A stretch of 64,000 nt of DNA from an uncultured virus (IMG/VR IMGVR_UViG_3300037466_002758) (Duplodnaviria > Heunggongvirae > Uroviricota > Caudoviricetes), in IMG/VR virus record IMGVR_UViG_3300037466_002758. One strand, 5' to 3'. The notes beneath the pieces were generated by a model, which was not told the DNA's origin, searched no databases, and saw only the letters and a program-made list of their open reading frames with translations. Both the position numbers and the translations under genes were made by a program. This document shows positions 10,601 through 20,076 of this stretch, one piece after another; the first letter of the stretch is position 1; each line of letters starts with the position of its first letter.

Positions 10601-13600
10601 GCCGGGGCTTCGGGGTCGCGCGCCGCCTTACGCACCTCCCACTTCTGCATCTCCTCGTGAATCGGCTGTATGTCGTGGAGCTTCTTGAGTAGCGCCGGAA
10701 GATAGCGCTTCGCGCCGACAACCGCGACGACGGGATTCAGGTGCGCATCGCTCTTGGGCATGTACTTGCGAAGTTGCTCCGCGCCCTCCGGCGTCTTCAC
10801 CATCTCGGCGAGTTTGCTGACGACCTCGGGTTTGAACAGGTGGTCTTCACTCGTGCTCGCACCGCCCGCGAAACCCTCTTTCTGCTGCGTCGCGTGCTGG
10901 ACCTCGTGCAGCAGCGTGGACAGGACGTCGTCAGGGTGGCTTTCCACCAGACCTCGGCTGAGTGAGATCCGCGCATTCTTGCCCTGCACAAAATGCGCCC
11001 CCGTCTCCGTCGGGTTGGTTCGTACGTCGACCGGCAGATCCGCGAACTCCGGGTAGTACTTGTAGAGCAGCTCGTGGTCCATTAGATCACCGAGCTTGTA
11101 CCGCTTGCCTGCCTCGGGCTGCTTGATCATCGACGCGAGCTGGTCGGGGACTTCCATGCGCCACACACCGTCGGGGCCCTTGAACCAGTGCGTCTCGCGC
11201 CAGGTTTCTTCGGGGGTGGCGCCGTTGGATTCCATTACGCGGGCATGCACCTGTCGCGCCAAAGCGTACTCATCGTTGGGGAGCCCAGATGCCCTCGGCC
11301 CGATGAACGATCGCTGCGTGCCTGTCTCCCGCTCGCCATTGCGTGCGAGTTCCATGCGGGCGGCACCGTGGGCCAGGTCCACCAGGTCCTGGGCCTTGAA
11401 CTCCTTCGCCGTGAAGCCGAGTTTCGTGAGCGCGTTCTTGAACATGAGCCAGACGCGGGACATCCACTTCCCGAGCTCTCCGCCCTTGAGCGACGGCTCG
11501 ATGCCAGCGCGAACGGCCTCCTCCACCGTATAAGCCACGAGCTCGCGCGGGTCCTCGGTCTTGGCATTTTTCATGCGCTCGAGCGCCGCCTTGGCCACCT
11601 TCGATTCGACGGAACCGTCGTCGCGAGCAGCCCACTCGCGAACCTTGTCGTGGAGAACCTGGTACTCGCGCTCGTGCAACGATCCTTCCAACCCAAGGTG
11701 CGAACCCACTTCGTGCAGAAAGACTGCGCGATGCTCGCCCTCGGGGATGTGGTCGGCGATGAGCCACGCCTTGCCGTTGTGCACGAAGCCTTGAGTTTTT
11801 GAGACATCGCCAACCTGGTCGCGGATGTGGCGCGGGATGTCCTGGGCGCTCTGGACCACTTGAACCTTGCGGTCGTTGCGCACGCCGCCTGTGAAGTCCT
11901 GCAGGTCCTTGCGGATGGACTCCACACGGCCGACCTTGTCGGGAGCTTCGGCAGCGCTGCGCTGGGACTTCTGGACGACGTCCTTGCCCTTCTTCTCGAG
12001 CAGGCCCACCGCGTCCTTCATCGTCCAGTTGTCGCTGCCGTAGTCGGCGAACTCGCGCTTGAGCTTGAGGGGGAGATCCTCCCACTTCGGCATGTGCGGC
12101 ACCGCCTCGGTGAGCTTACCCCAGGCCTTCTCGGCGTCGACGATCGACGTACTTGCGGGGGCTTCTTTCTGCGCGGGCTCGCGCTTCGCCTTAAGCTCCT
12201 TGGGGGGTTTCGCTTCCGGCTTCTGGGGGGTCGAGTCGATCGCCACCCCGGCTTCTTCGCCGTGCTCCTTAGTGCGACGCTCGCGATCCTCCGCAAGCCG
12301 GCGGTCTAGCTCCTCTTGGCTCCCCGGAGCAGCCTTCGCAGCTCCTTGCTTCGGCTCTTCGGTGCGACCCTCTTCGGCAGCGGGCCCTTCGGCGTCTCGG
12401 CTTCCCACCGCTTCGCCATCTCCGGGTCGTTCGCGTACATCCACGCCCTCTGCGCTTGGCTCTTGAACGGCATGATCTTCCTCCAGGTTCAGTTCCGGCT
12501 CGGGTTTCTCCTCCCCGACTTCATCGGCTTCCACCTTGCGCTTGCCCGCGAGTTCCCGCGCTCGGCGCTCTAGCTCTGCCATCTTCGCAGCAATCTTGGT
12601 CCGGGCCTCCGGCGTCTTGGCGGCGTTCAAGTGCTCGAGGAGCTGCACGACGTGGTTGTTCACGGCCGCCTCGTCCTCGTGGTTCTTGGCCGAGATCTTC
12701 ATCAGCCGCGTGAGCGGCGTCTCGTTCTCGTACTTGGCCGTCGTGTCGGCGATCTTGGTATCGCCCTTCTCCGGCTCGAACTGCGAGAAGCCCTGCTTGT
12801 CGTTCTCGCCACCGAAGAACTCGTCGTCGGACATGCGTGGCGTGCGGTCGGCTTCCGACTCCGTGCCCGCGAGCTCGTCTTCACTGACTTCAGTCGGGTG
12901 AAACTCCTCTTCGTGTTCGTGCTCGAGCGCCACATTCTCGCGCGGCTTGAGCTCGCCGGGTTCCACTGTGGCCGCGACACCCTTGCCACCCTCCACGACC
13001 TTGAGCTTTCGCGCACGGCGCTGGACCACCGGCTCGGGAGCCGCAGTCGTGGAGGCGGTTTCGGGGGTAGCCGGGGCACTCCTTTGCAAGGGGGAGGGTT
13101 GCTCCACGGGTGCTTCCGTGGGGCGAATGGGTGGCTCCATCACGGGAGCCGGGGCGGCCTCTGCCTGCTGCTTCACCAGGGTTCTTTGGGTGGGCTGGGC
13201 AGCAGGAGAAGGGGGTTGCACAGCCGCAGGCGCCTGGGCCTCGGCCACGTGCTGTTGGGTGAGCGCATACTCATCCAGCGACAGGCGTTGGGGTTCCGGC
13301 GTGCCCTGGAGGTGGTAGACGACCTGTAGGAGCGATTCGCCGCGAGCGCGGTCGTTCTGCTTGCCACTCGCCGCGAGCTGCATGATGGCAGGGTTCAGCT
13401 TGTCCACCACGTCGTCGATCGACTTAGCACCGGCGACCGCGCTGGTGACAGCACGCGTGACGCTTCCGGCGATGCCCTGGCGCTTCTTGGCGAGCGTGGG
13501 GTCGGTCGAGTTCAGGAGCTGCAGCTGCTCCGGGGTGACGGCACCGGAGTTGAGGTACGCCTCGCGTACCTGCTGGAAGAGGCCGGGGGCGGAGTCCGTC

Positions 13601-14781
13601 GCGGCCGCGATCTTCTCGGGAGGAGCTTCCTGTACCGCGCGCGTGGCTGCTGTGTACTCGACCGGAGGCGCGGAGAATTCCTCCTGACTGAAGAGGTCCG
13701 GTGGGATGTAATTCGGCGGCTGCGGCCGGCGGGGGAAGCTGTTCGGGTCCGGAAGCTCCTGGTCGCGGAAGAGCCCCAGCTGTTCGCCTTGCGTCGGGCG
13801 GTTCAGGAGGTCGGTCTCGTGCCCCCGGTTGTCGACGTCGATGAGTGGCGCGGGCTGCGCGGCGCTCCTGCGCGTGAAAGGTCCGGTGATGCCACCCATG
13901 ACGGCGCCCTGGACCGCGCCTGAGGCACCGGCCTCGAGGTAGGAGTGCATCGCGTCGCTGTCGGTAAGGGGCTGACCCATAGCCGAACGCGTGAGCGCGG
14001 TATTCGCCACTCCCACAGGAGCCTGGATTGCGGCCTGCGTCGCCGCTTCCTTGCCGATCGAGCCGAGGAGGCTTCGCTCCGTGCCTTCGCCCAAGAGAGC
14101 TGTCGCAGCGTGGTGGTACGGCAGTACACCGAGCGCAGCTTCCGGGAGTGCGTAGCCAGCGGCCTTGCTCGCGGCGTCGGGGTCACCCGCCTGGTCGAGC
14201 TTCGTGTAGAGATCGCCGGCAGACTGCGCGTACATCTGAGCCGCGTTGGCAGCTGTGGCACCACGCACGCCCGCCTTCGAGACTTGCTTCACCGCGCCTT
14301 CGACACCTTCGCGTGCCGCTTGACGGACACCGGCACCCAGAACAGCCTCACCGGCTTTAGCGCCTATTCCTCCCGGAATGGCCATTTGGGCCAATTCGCC
14401 CACTGCGTAGCCCGCGCCGTGCTTGAGGTAATCCACCCCGCTCGAGATATCGTGGATGCCGGAGAGCGAGTCGGTATCGGTGCCCAGCGCGTCCGAGCGG
14501 CCGAAGTTCTCGCGCGCACCCTCGAGCATGTAGTTCTTCGCGCGGTCGAGGCCGAGTACCCCGGCGCCGAGTCCGATCGCACCTTTGGTCGTGCCCTTGA
14601 GGTCTTCATACGACTGGCGAAGGCCGCGTGTAAACGGGCCCTGCATCTCGTAGCCCAGCTTGTCGGCCATCTCGTGCACCGGTGTCCCGGTTGCGTCGGC
14701 AGCGTGACGGACGACGTCGAGGTCGTCCATGTCCTTCATCCACGGGACGGCGTCGCGCAGCTGGTCGATGTAGCCGGCCAT
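7624..14781 (-). CDS. giant internal virion/ejection polyvalent protein (two HExxH-type domains, LPD23-like region)
   Basis: 2385 aa; FLHEVGSH; WFKGPDGVWRMEVPD...LLHEVQHATQ; last gene of the ejection cluster. Confidence 0.8.
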   Translation of the reverse strand: MAGYIDQLRDAVPWMKDMDDLDVVRHAADATGTPVHEMADKLGYEMQGPFTRGLRQSYEDLKGTTKGAIGLGAGVLGLDRAKNYMLEGARENFGRSDALGTDTDSLSGIHDISSGVDYLKHGAGYAVGELAQMAIPGGIGAKAGEAVLGAGVRQAAREGVEGAVKQVSKAGVRGATAANAAQMYAQSAGDLYTKLDQAGDPDAASKAAGYALPEAALGVLPYHHAATALLGEGTERSLLGSIGKEAATQAAIQAPVGVANTALTRSAMGQPLTDSDAMHSYLEAGASGAVQGAVMGGITGPFTRRSAAQPAPLIDVDNRGHETDLLNRPTQGEQLGLFRDQELPDPNSFPRRPQPPNYIPPDLFSQEEFSAPPVEYTAATRAVQEAPPEKIAAATDSAPGLFQQVREAYLNSGAVTPEQLQLLNSTDPTLAKKRQGIAGSVTRAVTSAVAGAKSIDDVVDKLNPAIMQLAASGKQNDRARGESLLQVVYHLQGTPEPQRLSLDEYALTQQHVAEAQAPAAVQPPSPAAQPTQRTLVKQQAEAAPAPVMEPPIRPTEAPVEQPSPLQRSAPATPETASTTAAPEPVVQRRARKLKVVEGGKGVAATVEPGELKPRENVALEHEHEEEFHPTEVSEDELAGTESEADRTPRMSDDEFFGGENDKQGFSQFEPEKGDTKIADTTAKYENETPLTRLMKISAKNHEDEAAVNNHVVQLLEHLNAAKTPEARTKIAAKMAELERRARELAGKRKVEADEVGEEKPEPELNLEEDHAVQEPSAEGVDVRERPGDGEAVGSRDAEGPAAEEGRTEEPKQGAAKAAPGSQEELDRRLAEDRERRTKEHGEEAGVAIDSTPQKPEAKPPKELKAKREPAQKEAPASTSIVDAEKAWGKLTEAVPHMPKWEDLPLKLKREFADYGSDNWTMKDAVGLLEKKGKDVVQKSQRSAAEAPDKVGRVESIRKDLQDFTGGVRNDRKVQVVQSAQDIPRHIRDQVGDVSKTQGFVHNGKAWLIADHIPEGEHRAVFLHEVGSHLGLEGSLHEREYQVLHDKVREWAARDDGSVESKVAKAALERMKNAKTEDPRELVAYTVEEAVRAGIEPSLKGGELGKWMSRVWLMFKNALTKLGFTAKEFKAQDLVDLAHGAARMELARNGERETGTQRSFIGPRASGLPNDEYALARQVHARVMESNGATPEETWRETHWFKGPDGVWRMEVPDQLASMIKQPEAGKRYKLGDLMDHELLYKYYPEFADLPVDVRTNPTETGAHFVQGKNARISLSRGLVESHPDDVLSTLLHEVQHATQQKEGFAGGASTSEDHLFKPEVVSKLAEMVKTPEGAEQLRKYMPKSDAHLNPVVAVVGAKRYLPALLKKLHDIQPIHEEMQKWEVRKAARDPEAPAKLRELKKEWQKHVDGIAALMKGDQEVHNSLLKAAYYAHSGELEAYNVESRLRKGTNEPPKLATLQKEHQLVRTAGEGEYQRIQRSIAAPRDTPVGKAEEAANSALYKLHKGVLAATFTQDLADRASKLIPSVKKYMATLNARAADRLKLEQPVDDIYAAYGKLPIAERRAVDAHLYNSTRQGKWGYNLKQDGTDRTDPAMKREFEALTPAAQEVVKSVFKHGYDTLQLKKRQVLDQVASEYDPLIAKAKEAGDKEKLAKLEVGKRQMANRFDKILKLDPDKPYAPLTQFGNFVVVGRSQKLIDAERAGDADEIEKLKASADNYHVHFAETKGQAAALEAKLRGTGKFAQTAHFEKDDEAKYAVFGGKSTLDAINRLREMMNDQGGDVAKEAGALLRDMYLRSLAENSARKSELTRLGVEGVSKEMMRAFVKQGRADAHFISSVKHNADIVGHIADMLRETNDNPEKARPYYNELQRRYAQSLQYRATPMADFIHQATSVYFLGASPSYYLTNATQPFLMSLPMMAGKHGYFRSWRALVQAYKDMAPAFKGKGINGPLDMSKLPADVQGAMQELVNRGRITVGMEQELGSIIAAKDGYLSNAGNNAMRKMRGMMQRVEQLNRLSTAMAAYRLEGAKNGVDYADRVVYQTHGDYSAMNAPGVFNKPGAKLLLQFKKYQLIQATLLARMAKDAFAGATPEERSIGRAGLTYLIGHTAAVGGLMGLPMAPVIAGAVNWAFGDSEDPADSEVKLRRAIGDPDTARLLLSGVPAAMGLNVSGRVGMGQILNPFGIQSDISLRDRGAQAQTLVSLLGPWGSLGLKFLDGLHQMNTGNFYQGAADMVPKVVGDSMKAAQLETKGVVNKHGDTLMDPDDIGFGTAMMQALGLPPTALTERSFRSSEAYKINQDFSDRAGEIKDRYLKARKDGDADAAEAARQAWNDMQDARVKNGMPRQPLSALLKAPQLQRQRERSLQGGVEYGRAQRGLGMNLAGISE

Positions 14782-16253
14782 CAGTTACCCGCGTCGATGA
14801 AGTTGCGCCCTCCACGGCGGAGCCCGAGATCTTCCGAGGCCAGGAGGCCGCGTCGGCGAAGCTCCTCGGTGGCGAATTGCTTCTGCAGCGGATCAGTGCT
14901 CTGCACCGCATCCCAGAGCTGGGCGTCGGTCGCACCCCGAATCGGGTCGTCGCTGCCGTCGTCTTTCGGAGCGGTTTTCGCAGTCGGCGCGCCCGCGCCT
15001 TTGCCGGCAGCAGCGGCGGGTTTCGCTCCCGGACCGCCCTTCTTGTTGAGCGCGGCAGCGATATCGGCGATGGGGCTGGTACCCGTGTCGAGCTTGAGCG
15101 CCTTGCGAACGCCGGGGTACTTTGCATCGAGATCCGCAAGAGCTTGCGTGCGTTTGGCACCCGACGTCGGCAGCGCCGAGTATTCCTGCATGAAGGTGCT
15201 CTTCACCTGGGAGTCGATATCCGGAGTGCCGACCTTGCGCGTCGATTTCACACCGGGGGGCAGGTTCACCTGCTGTACGGAAGGCCCGTTCTTGCCGTTC
15301 AGGAGATAGCCGAACACGGGATGATCGTCAGCGTCCACGCCCAACTGGGTCAGCGGGCCCATCTTCTCCTGGGCAGCGCGATCGCGCGCGACGCCGAGCA
15401 TGCCGAGACGCGCGGCGCCTTCATCCTTGAAATACTGCGCTCGAGCCGGAACGCCTACCGTCGCTTCCGCGTCGTGATACCGTGCCGTGGCATCCGCAGC
15501 CTTGGCTTGGGCGCCCATGAGACCTTCACGCGCGCCAGTGAGCTCGAGATTCGCCCCGGTCGTTGCGTACTTGTCGTAGTTGCGCGGGTCGTCAGCCATC
15601 TGGAGTTCGTGCAAGTGCTGGAGCTCGAGCGTGCGGAGTGCCTGCTTCTGGATGTCCTGCGGGGCGAGTTGGTGCATGCCCACGACGTTGCCATTCGCGT
15701 CGGTCACCGTGATACCGACTGCGCCACCGGGGAGCGACTGCGGCGTGTACGTGTGGCCGTTCACGTTGTTCGAGTTGAGGTAGTCGAGGCCGTGCGTCAT
15801 ACCCCACTCCTGCGCAAACGCGGGATCGGCGATGATCCGCTGTGCGGTCGCCTGGTTCTTCGCGTGGATCTGGTCGATCGCGTCCTGGTAGTCGTTCTGC
15901 CGCGCAGCTTCGTAGAGCTTGGCCGACTCCACCGGGTTGGTCTGGCCGATCGCGGCCGCCTGGTCGCGCAAAACATCGCCCTGGGAACGCGTCACCGTCT
16001 GGGCCGGGATGTTGCTGCCGTCGGGCATGGGGCCCGCCTGCTCGACCGTCGAGGTGCCCGGGGGCTTGATCGCGGAGAGCTTCTGGCGCATGGCATCTTC
16101 GCGCTGGGCCTGTTGCACCACGAGCTGGGCTTGCTGCTGTTGCGTGCGCATAAGGCCAATACGCGCCTGGGCGAGCTGCTGCTCGCGCTGGTCCTGCATG
16201 CCGGCTGCGACTCCACTACCAAGTCCACCAGCGATGTCGATGAAGTTCGCCAT
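14781..16253 (-). CDS. internal virion (ejection) protein
   Basis: 490 aa, Q/A/G-rich and helical; translationally coupled to its neighbours. Confidence 0.7.
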   Translation of the reverse strand: MANFIDIAGGLGSGVAAGMQDQREQQLAQARIGLMRTQQQQAQLVVQQAQREDAMRQKLSAIKPPGTSTVEQAGPMPDGSNIPAQTVTRSQGDVLRDQAAAIGQTNPVESAKLYEAARQNDYQDAIDQIHAKNQATAQRIIADPAFAQEWGMTHGLDYLNSNNVNGHTYTPQSLPGGAVGITVTDANGNVVGMHQLAPQDIQKQALRTLELQHLHELQMADDPRNYDKYATTGANLELTGAREGLMGAQAKAADATARYHDAEATVGVPARAQYFKDEGAARLGMLGVARDRAAQEKMGPLTQLGVDADDHPVFGYLLNGKNGPSVQQVNLPPGVKSTRKVGTPDIDSQVKSTFMQEYSALPTSGAKRTQALADLDAKYPGVRKALKLDTGTSPIADIAAALNKKGGPGAKPAAAAGKGAGAPTAKTAPKDDGSDDPIRGATDAQLWDAVQSTDPLQKQFATEELRRRGLLASEDLGLRRGGRNFIDAGN

Positions 16254-18185
16254 TTATCGGACTCCGGGGGATTTCGGGAAGTGCAGCCCGAGGCCGCGCG
16301 GCGGGCGCGGCTGGAGAGTCACACCACCCACGGGGGTGCGCGGGGGCTTGCGCATCGGCATGCCGTTGGGCGGAATCGGGTCGTGGATCGGACGTGGGGC
16401 GCCAGGCAGGTGCCGCCCGCTCGTGGGGATGGAGATCCGGGGCGCGGCGCCGCCGAGCTGGGTACGGGCTCCGCCCAGAGGGACAGGACCGCCTTGCGCG
16501 CGATGCAGGGGGCGTTGGACACCGTGCGAAGGCGCATGCTGTGCTGCCGCAGCCGGGGGCTGCCCGGGCTTGTGGATACCAAGCTGGGCTTCGTGCTGCA
16601 AGCCTTCCTGGCGCATCTTCTCGAGCTTGTCGACGCCGTACTTGAGCACCGTGCCCACGGGCATGACGAATTCGCCGTGCGAGAGCATCGCCGGGATCAG
16701 ATCGTCTTTCGGTCCGCCGGGGCCTTCGACTGTGCCGCCCATCGTGCCGTTGGAGCCGGGTGTCACCGGAGGCTGAATCGAGCCGCCATTGGCGGCGAGG
16801 ACCGCGAGGTACGGAAGAGCCTCGGCCGCAACCGCACCTGCACCTTCAGCCGCGCCAGCCGTCACAGCAGCATCAGCGGCAGCAGCACCCGCAGCCGTGG
16901 CGCCAGCAGCTTCACCAGCACCAACGGCGCCTGCGGTTCCGAGCGTCGTGCCCGCACCCGCAGCAGCATCGGCTCCCGCAGCAGCACCAGCAGCACCCGC
17001 ACCCGCTCCGCCAGTCGTGGCGCCGGCAGCACCTGCATCGGCCCCGACAGCGGCATCGGTTCCAGCCGTGCTGGCAGCCGTATCGCCCAAGCCACCGATG
17101 TTGCCCATCGCGCCATCGACTTGGTCGGAGGCCGCGTTGTAGAGCTGGGCGTAGCCGTTGCCCGGTGTAGAAGCGCCGTAGGCTTGCGTGATGCCCTGCG
17201 ACGTGCCCTGTGCTTCGGCGGCGTCCGTGCCGGCGACGCCCTGGGGCGTCGCAAGGTAGGAGCCCGGGTCCATCTGGCCAGCAACGCTTTTCGCGATCGG
17301 AGCACCAGCCTTCGCGACGCTCGCGCCCGTGCTCGCCATACGACCGTACTGCCCGACCTGCTGCGCGGTCGAGGGCTTGCCTGGACCCATGGCCGGCGGG
17401 GGCGTGATCTGCATGTTGGGCCTCATGCTGACAATGCCGCCGATGGCATACTTGTTCACGAACCCGGAGGCGCGTTTCAGTCCTTGAGGAGCCACCTCAC
17501 CCCCGTCGGCGAAGCCGCCGCTTCCACCATTCCACGCGCTGTAGATGTCGAAGGCGCCGCGCGCGGCGCCAGCGATGCCCTGGGCATCCTGGGCGCGCTG
17601 GTTCGCGTAGAGGTTGGCGCCAGAAGCGGCCGCATAGGTCGCACCTTGCGCCGCAGCCGAGGCCTGGGTCGGGGTACCCATGCCGAGGGAGACCGCGTCC
17701 TGCATGCGGGAAAGGCCCTGCTGGCGTACATTCTCGCGCGCGCCGGTCATGGCGGCCGCTTCGCTAGCAGCTCCTTGCGTACCCATGGCGGCAAACTGCT
17801 TCTGGTAGCGCTCGTCGTTGGGGTTGATCCCCATCGAGGCCATGTCGGACTGCATCTGCTGACGAGCGCCAGTGTTGGCACTCGAGGCGGCGGCACCAGC
17901 ATCGGAGGCAGCCTTCTCCTGGTTCGCTTGGGAGCCGTAGTCGCGCGACTCCTGCATGAAGTCCTTGTACCCCGGGATGACGGTGTCCTTCGCCACCCCC
18001 ATGAGGTACTGCGCCTGGTCGGCCTGGATGCCGTAGAGGTTGTTGAGCTGGTCGTAGTAGGCCTGCCCCCCGCCGCCCGATCCGCCGCATTGCGCGACTG
18101 GACCTTTATAGTCGATCGAGGTCTCCTCGATGACGTTGAGCTCGGGGTCGTCCAAGCGGACGGTGAAGCTCGTGATGATCTTCAT
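16254..18185 (-). CDS. internal virion (ejection/pilot) protein
   Basis: 643 aa, A/G-rich; N-terminal YKGPVAQCGGSGGG; GPGGPKDDLIPAMLSHGEFV motif; repeated xxxGGx[VI]. Confidence 0.7.
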   Translation of the reverse strand: MKIITSFTVRLDDPELNVIEETSIDYKGPVAQCGGSGGGGQAYYDQLNNLYGIQADQAQYLMGVAKDTVIPGYKDFMQESRDYGSQANQEKAASDAGAAASSANTGARQQMQSDMASMGINPNDERYQKQFAAMGTQGAASEAAAMTGARENVRQQGLSRMQDAVSLGMGTPTQASAAAQGATYAAASGANLYANQRAQDAQGIAGAARGAFDIYSAWNGGSGGFADGGEVAPQGLKRASGFVNKYAIGGIVSMRPNMQITPPPAMGPGKPSTAQQVGQYGRMASTGASVAKAGAPIAKSVAGQMDPGSYLATPQGVAGTDAAEAQGTSQGITQAYGASTPGNGYAQLYNAASDQVDGAMGNIGGLGDTAASTAGTDAAVGADAGAAGATTGGAGAGAAGAAAGADAAAGAGTTLGTAGAVGAGEAAGATAAGAAAADAAVTAGAAEGAGAVAAEALPYLAVLAANGGSIQPPVTPGSNGTMGGTVEGPGGPKDDLIPAMLSHGEFVMPVGTVLKYGVDKLEKMRQEGLQHEAQLGIHKPGQPPAAAAQHAPSHGVQRPLHRAQGGPVPLGGARTQLGGAAPRISIPTSGRHLPGAPRPIHDPIPPNGMPMRKPPRTPVGGVTLQPRPPRGLGLHFPKSPGVR

Positions 18186-18601
18186 AGGTCAACCTCGCGG
18201 CGAAGCACTGTATACACAGGCTTGAGCCCGAAGACGCGAGCGAAAAGGCGCGCGGCGGCTGGCCTACAAAACCCCTGAATCGTATCGCACTTCAGGGCCT
18301 TCGCAAGGTCTTCGAGATGAGAAAAAAGAGAGCCGGACAGGAAGGCGTTCTGACCTCCCACGTGAGTCACCTGCAAGATGCGCATGCGTGGGCATGTGAG
18401 GATTTCGAGCGCGACCGCTGCACACAAGCAATCCCTGTCGTCGAACACCGCCGAGATGAACATCTTGCGTTCGTCCACGAGCTTGGGGATGTCCTCAACC
18501 TCGAGCTCCCACTCGCTACGGTTCACCGAGCGCGCGAGAAGCGCCGAGAGGCGCGGCCAATAGTCGTGTACCTGGTCGGGACGCAGCACCTGCGCGCGCA
18601 T
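18182..18601 (-). CDS. GNAT-like virion assembly protein
   Basis: ATG at 18601; VTHVGG...LAKALKCDTIQGFCR; sits directly before the ejection genes, as in many podoviruses. Confidence 0.6.
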   Translation of the reverse strand: MRAQVLRPDQVHDYWPRLSALLARSVNRSEWELEVEDIPKLVDERKMFISAVFDDRDCLCAAVALEILTCPRMRILQVTHVGGQNAFLSGSLFSHLEDLAKALKCDTIQGFCRPAAARLFARVFGLKPVYTVLRREVDL

Positions 18602-20076
18602 CAGAACCAGCCGACCGTTACAGGGATAAAGCCGGAGAAAGTGAAGCTCTTGATGCCGATGATGTCCACGGTGCACCCGGTAGACGAGATGCTCGTGATG
18701 ACGGCACCCCCTCCGCCGTAGCCACCGGCGGCCGTGACGATCGGGATATACCCAAGGTCACTTCCGAAGCTCACGGCAGCAGGCGTTGTCGTAGTGCCGC
18801 TCGCATCTACAGCCACCTGGGCAGTCGTGCTCTTCCAGCTGTGCTTGCGGATCATCACCGAGTCGAACTCGGCGCTCCCGTCCTGGCGAATGATCCAGCC
18901 CTGCGAGCCGGTCGCGAAGTTGGAAGACCGGATGTCGACCCCGATCACGCTCGTACCGCGCACGACCACGTTGTTGAAGTACGCGAGGCCGTTACGTGAA
19001 ATGGCCCAGCCCGTGGTGCCACCATCCGTGATGTTGCCGGATGCGACGTCACCTACCCCGTTCCACGAGTCGGAGTAGATCAACTTCATGATCTGGGTGA
19101 TGTCGATCGAGGCGAGCGGCGCGATCAGGTTGTTGATGTACGTGCCCGGCTGGTAGACACGACCGTTGATCGTCGTAGGAGACGTAAGCACCGTGAAAGG
19201 GAAGCCCGTCCCGCTGTCGCCAAGAAAGCTGCTGCCGTCGGAAGGCGGCGCGATGAAGAAGGTGTTTGCGCGAACACCGAAGTTGATTGTGGGGCCGAGA
19301 GAGCCCTGCGCCGAGCCTTCGATACCGAAACCGCCAACCAAGCCATTCACATCGACGCGGAGCGTGTACATCGCGTCGAGCTTGGAGTCGAGCGCGCTCG
19401 TGTAGGTCGAGAAGTCCTGCCGGATGCTCGCCACGAGGTTGTTGCCGTTGGCGTCGAAGACAGCGGACTGGAGCTGCGTCCACTTGACCGCTTGCGCGGC
19501 GACGGCTGAGACGTCGATGCTCTGCCCATCCTGCGCGATGGCGAGCGCTGTAGAGCCGGGGCCCGCGACAAGCCCCCAGATCGTATTCACCGCGCTTGCC
19601 ACTGCCGAGATCTCGGTTGTGCGCACGTGCTGCTCGGTCACGATCGCGCTCTGGTTCTTGCCGACCTGCGTGCCGAGGGTCGTGATGTTGTCGGCCTGCG
19701 CCGAGACTTGGCCCTGGATGAACTTGACGAGATCAGCCGGCACGGTGATCTTCGCGATACTCTGGCCGAGACGTCGAAAGAGTTCTGTCTGCGAGATGAA
19801 CCGGCTGATGTCGCTGATGGCATCCGCGCCGCTGCCGGCGTTGGAACCGGTGATCGTGGGGCCTCCGAGGCCGGAAACGCCCGGCACGGTCGCGAGCACC
19901 GAGGACATGACCTTCAGCGATACGTTCGCGACGTCCTTCGCGGTCAGAAACTTCGACGACCCGTCTCCGACGTCACCATTGCGCACAGCCCATGCATTCG
20001 AGAGCTCGTCCAGGAATGTACGAACCTGTTGGTCTGCGATTGCATGCGTCGCTGGTAGCTGCGGGACATCACGCAT
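18601..20076 (-). CDS. tail protein with host-specificity-J C-terminal (DUF1983-like) domain
   Basis: YTLRVDVNGLVGGFG...FGVRANTF; SSNFATGSQGWIIRQDGSAEF. Confidence 0.7.
   Translation of the reverse strand: MRDVPQLPATHAIADQQVRTFLDELSNAWAVRNGDVGDGSSKFLTAKDVANVSLKVMSSVLATVPGVSGLGGPTITGSNAGSGADAISDISRFISQTELFRRLGQSIAKITVPADLVKFIQGQVSAQADNITTLGTQVGKNQSAIVTEQHVRTTEISAVASAVNTIWGLVAGPGSTALAIAQDGQSIDVSAVAAQAVKWTQLQSAVFDANGNNLVASIRQDFSTYTSALDSKLDAMYTLRVDVNGLVGGFGIEGSAQGSLGPTINFGVRANTFFIAPPSDGSSFLGDSGTGFPFTVLTSPTTINGRVYQPGTYINNLIAPLASIDITQIMKLIYSDSWNGVGDVASGNITDGGTTGWAISRNGLAYFNNVVVRGTSVIGVDIRSSNFATGSQGWIIRQDGSAEFDSVMIRKHSWKSTTAQVAVDASGTTTTPAAVSFGSDLGYIPIVTAAGGYGGGGAVITSISSTGCTVDIIGIKSFTFSGFIPVTVGWF

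Noticed and set aside
14682..18278. 1198-aa plus-strand ORF and other long antisense ORFs (for example 22-1680 and 3495-5627)
   Set aside because: These are shadow ORFs of GC-rich genes on the opposite strand, with no recognisable motifs.
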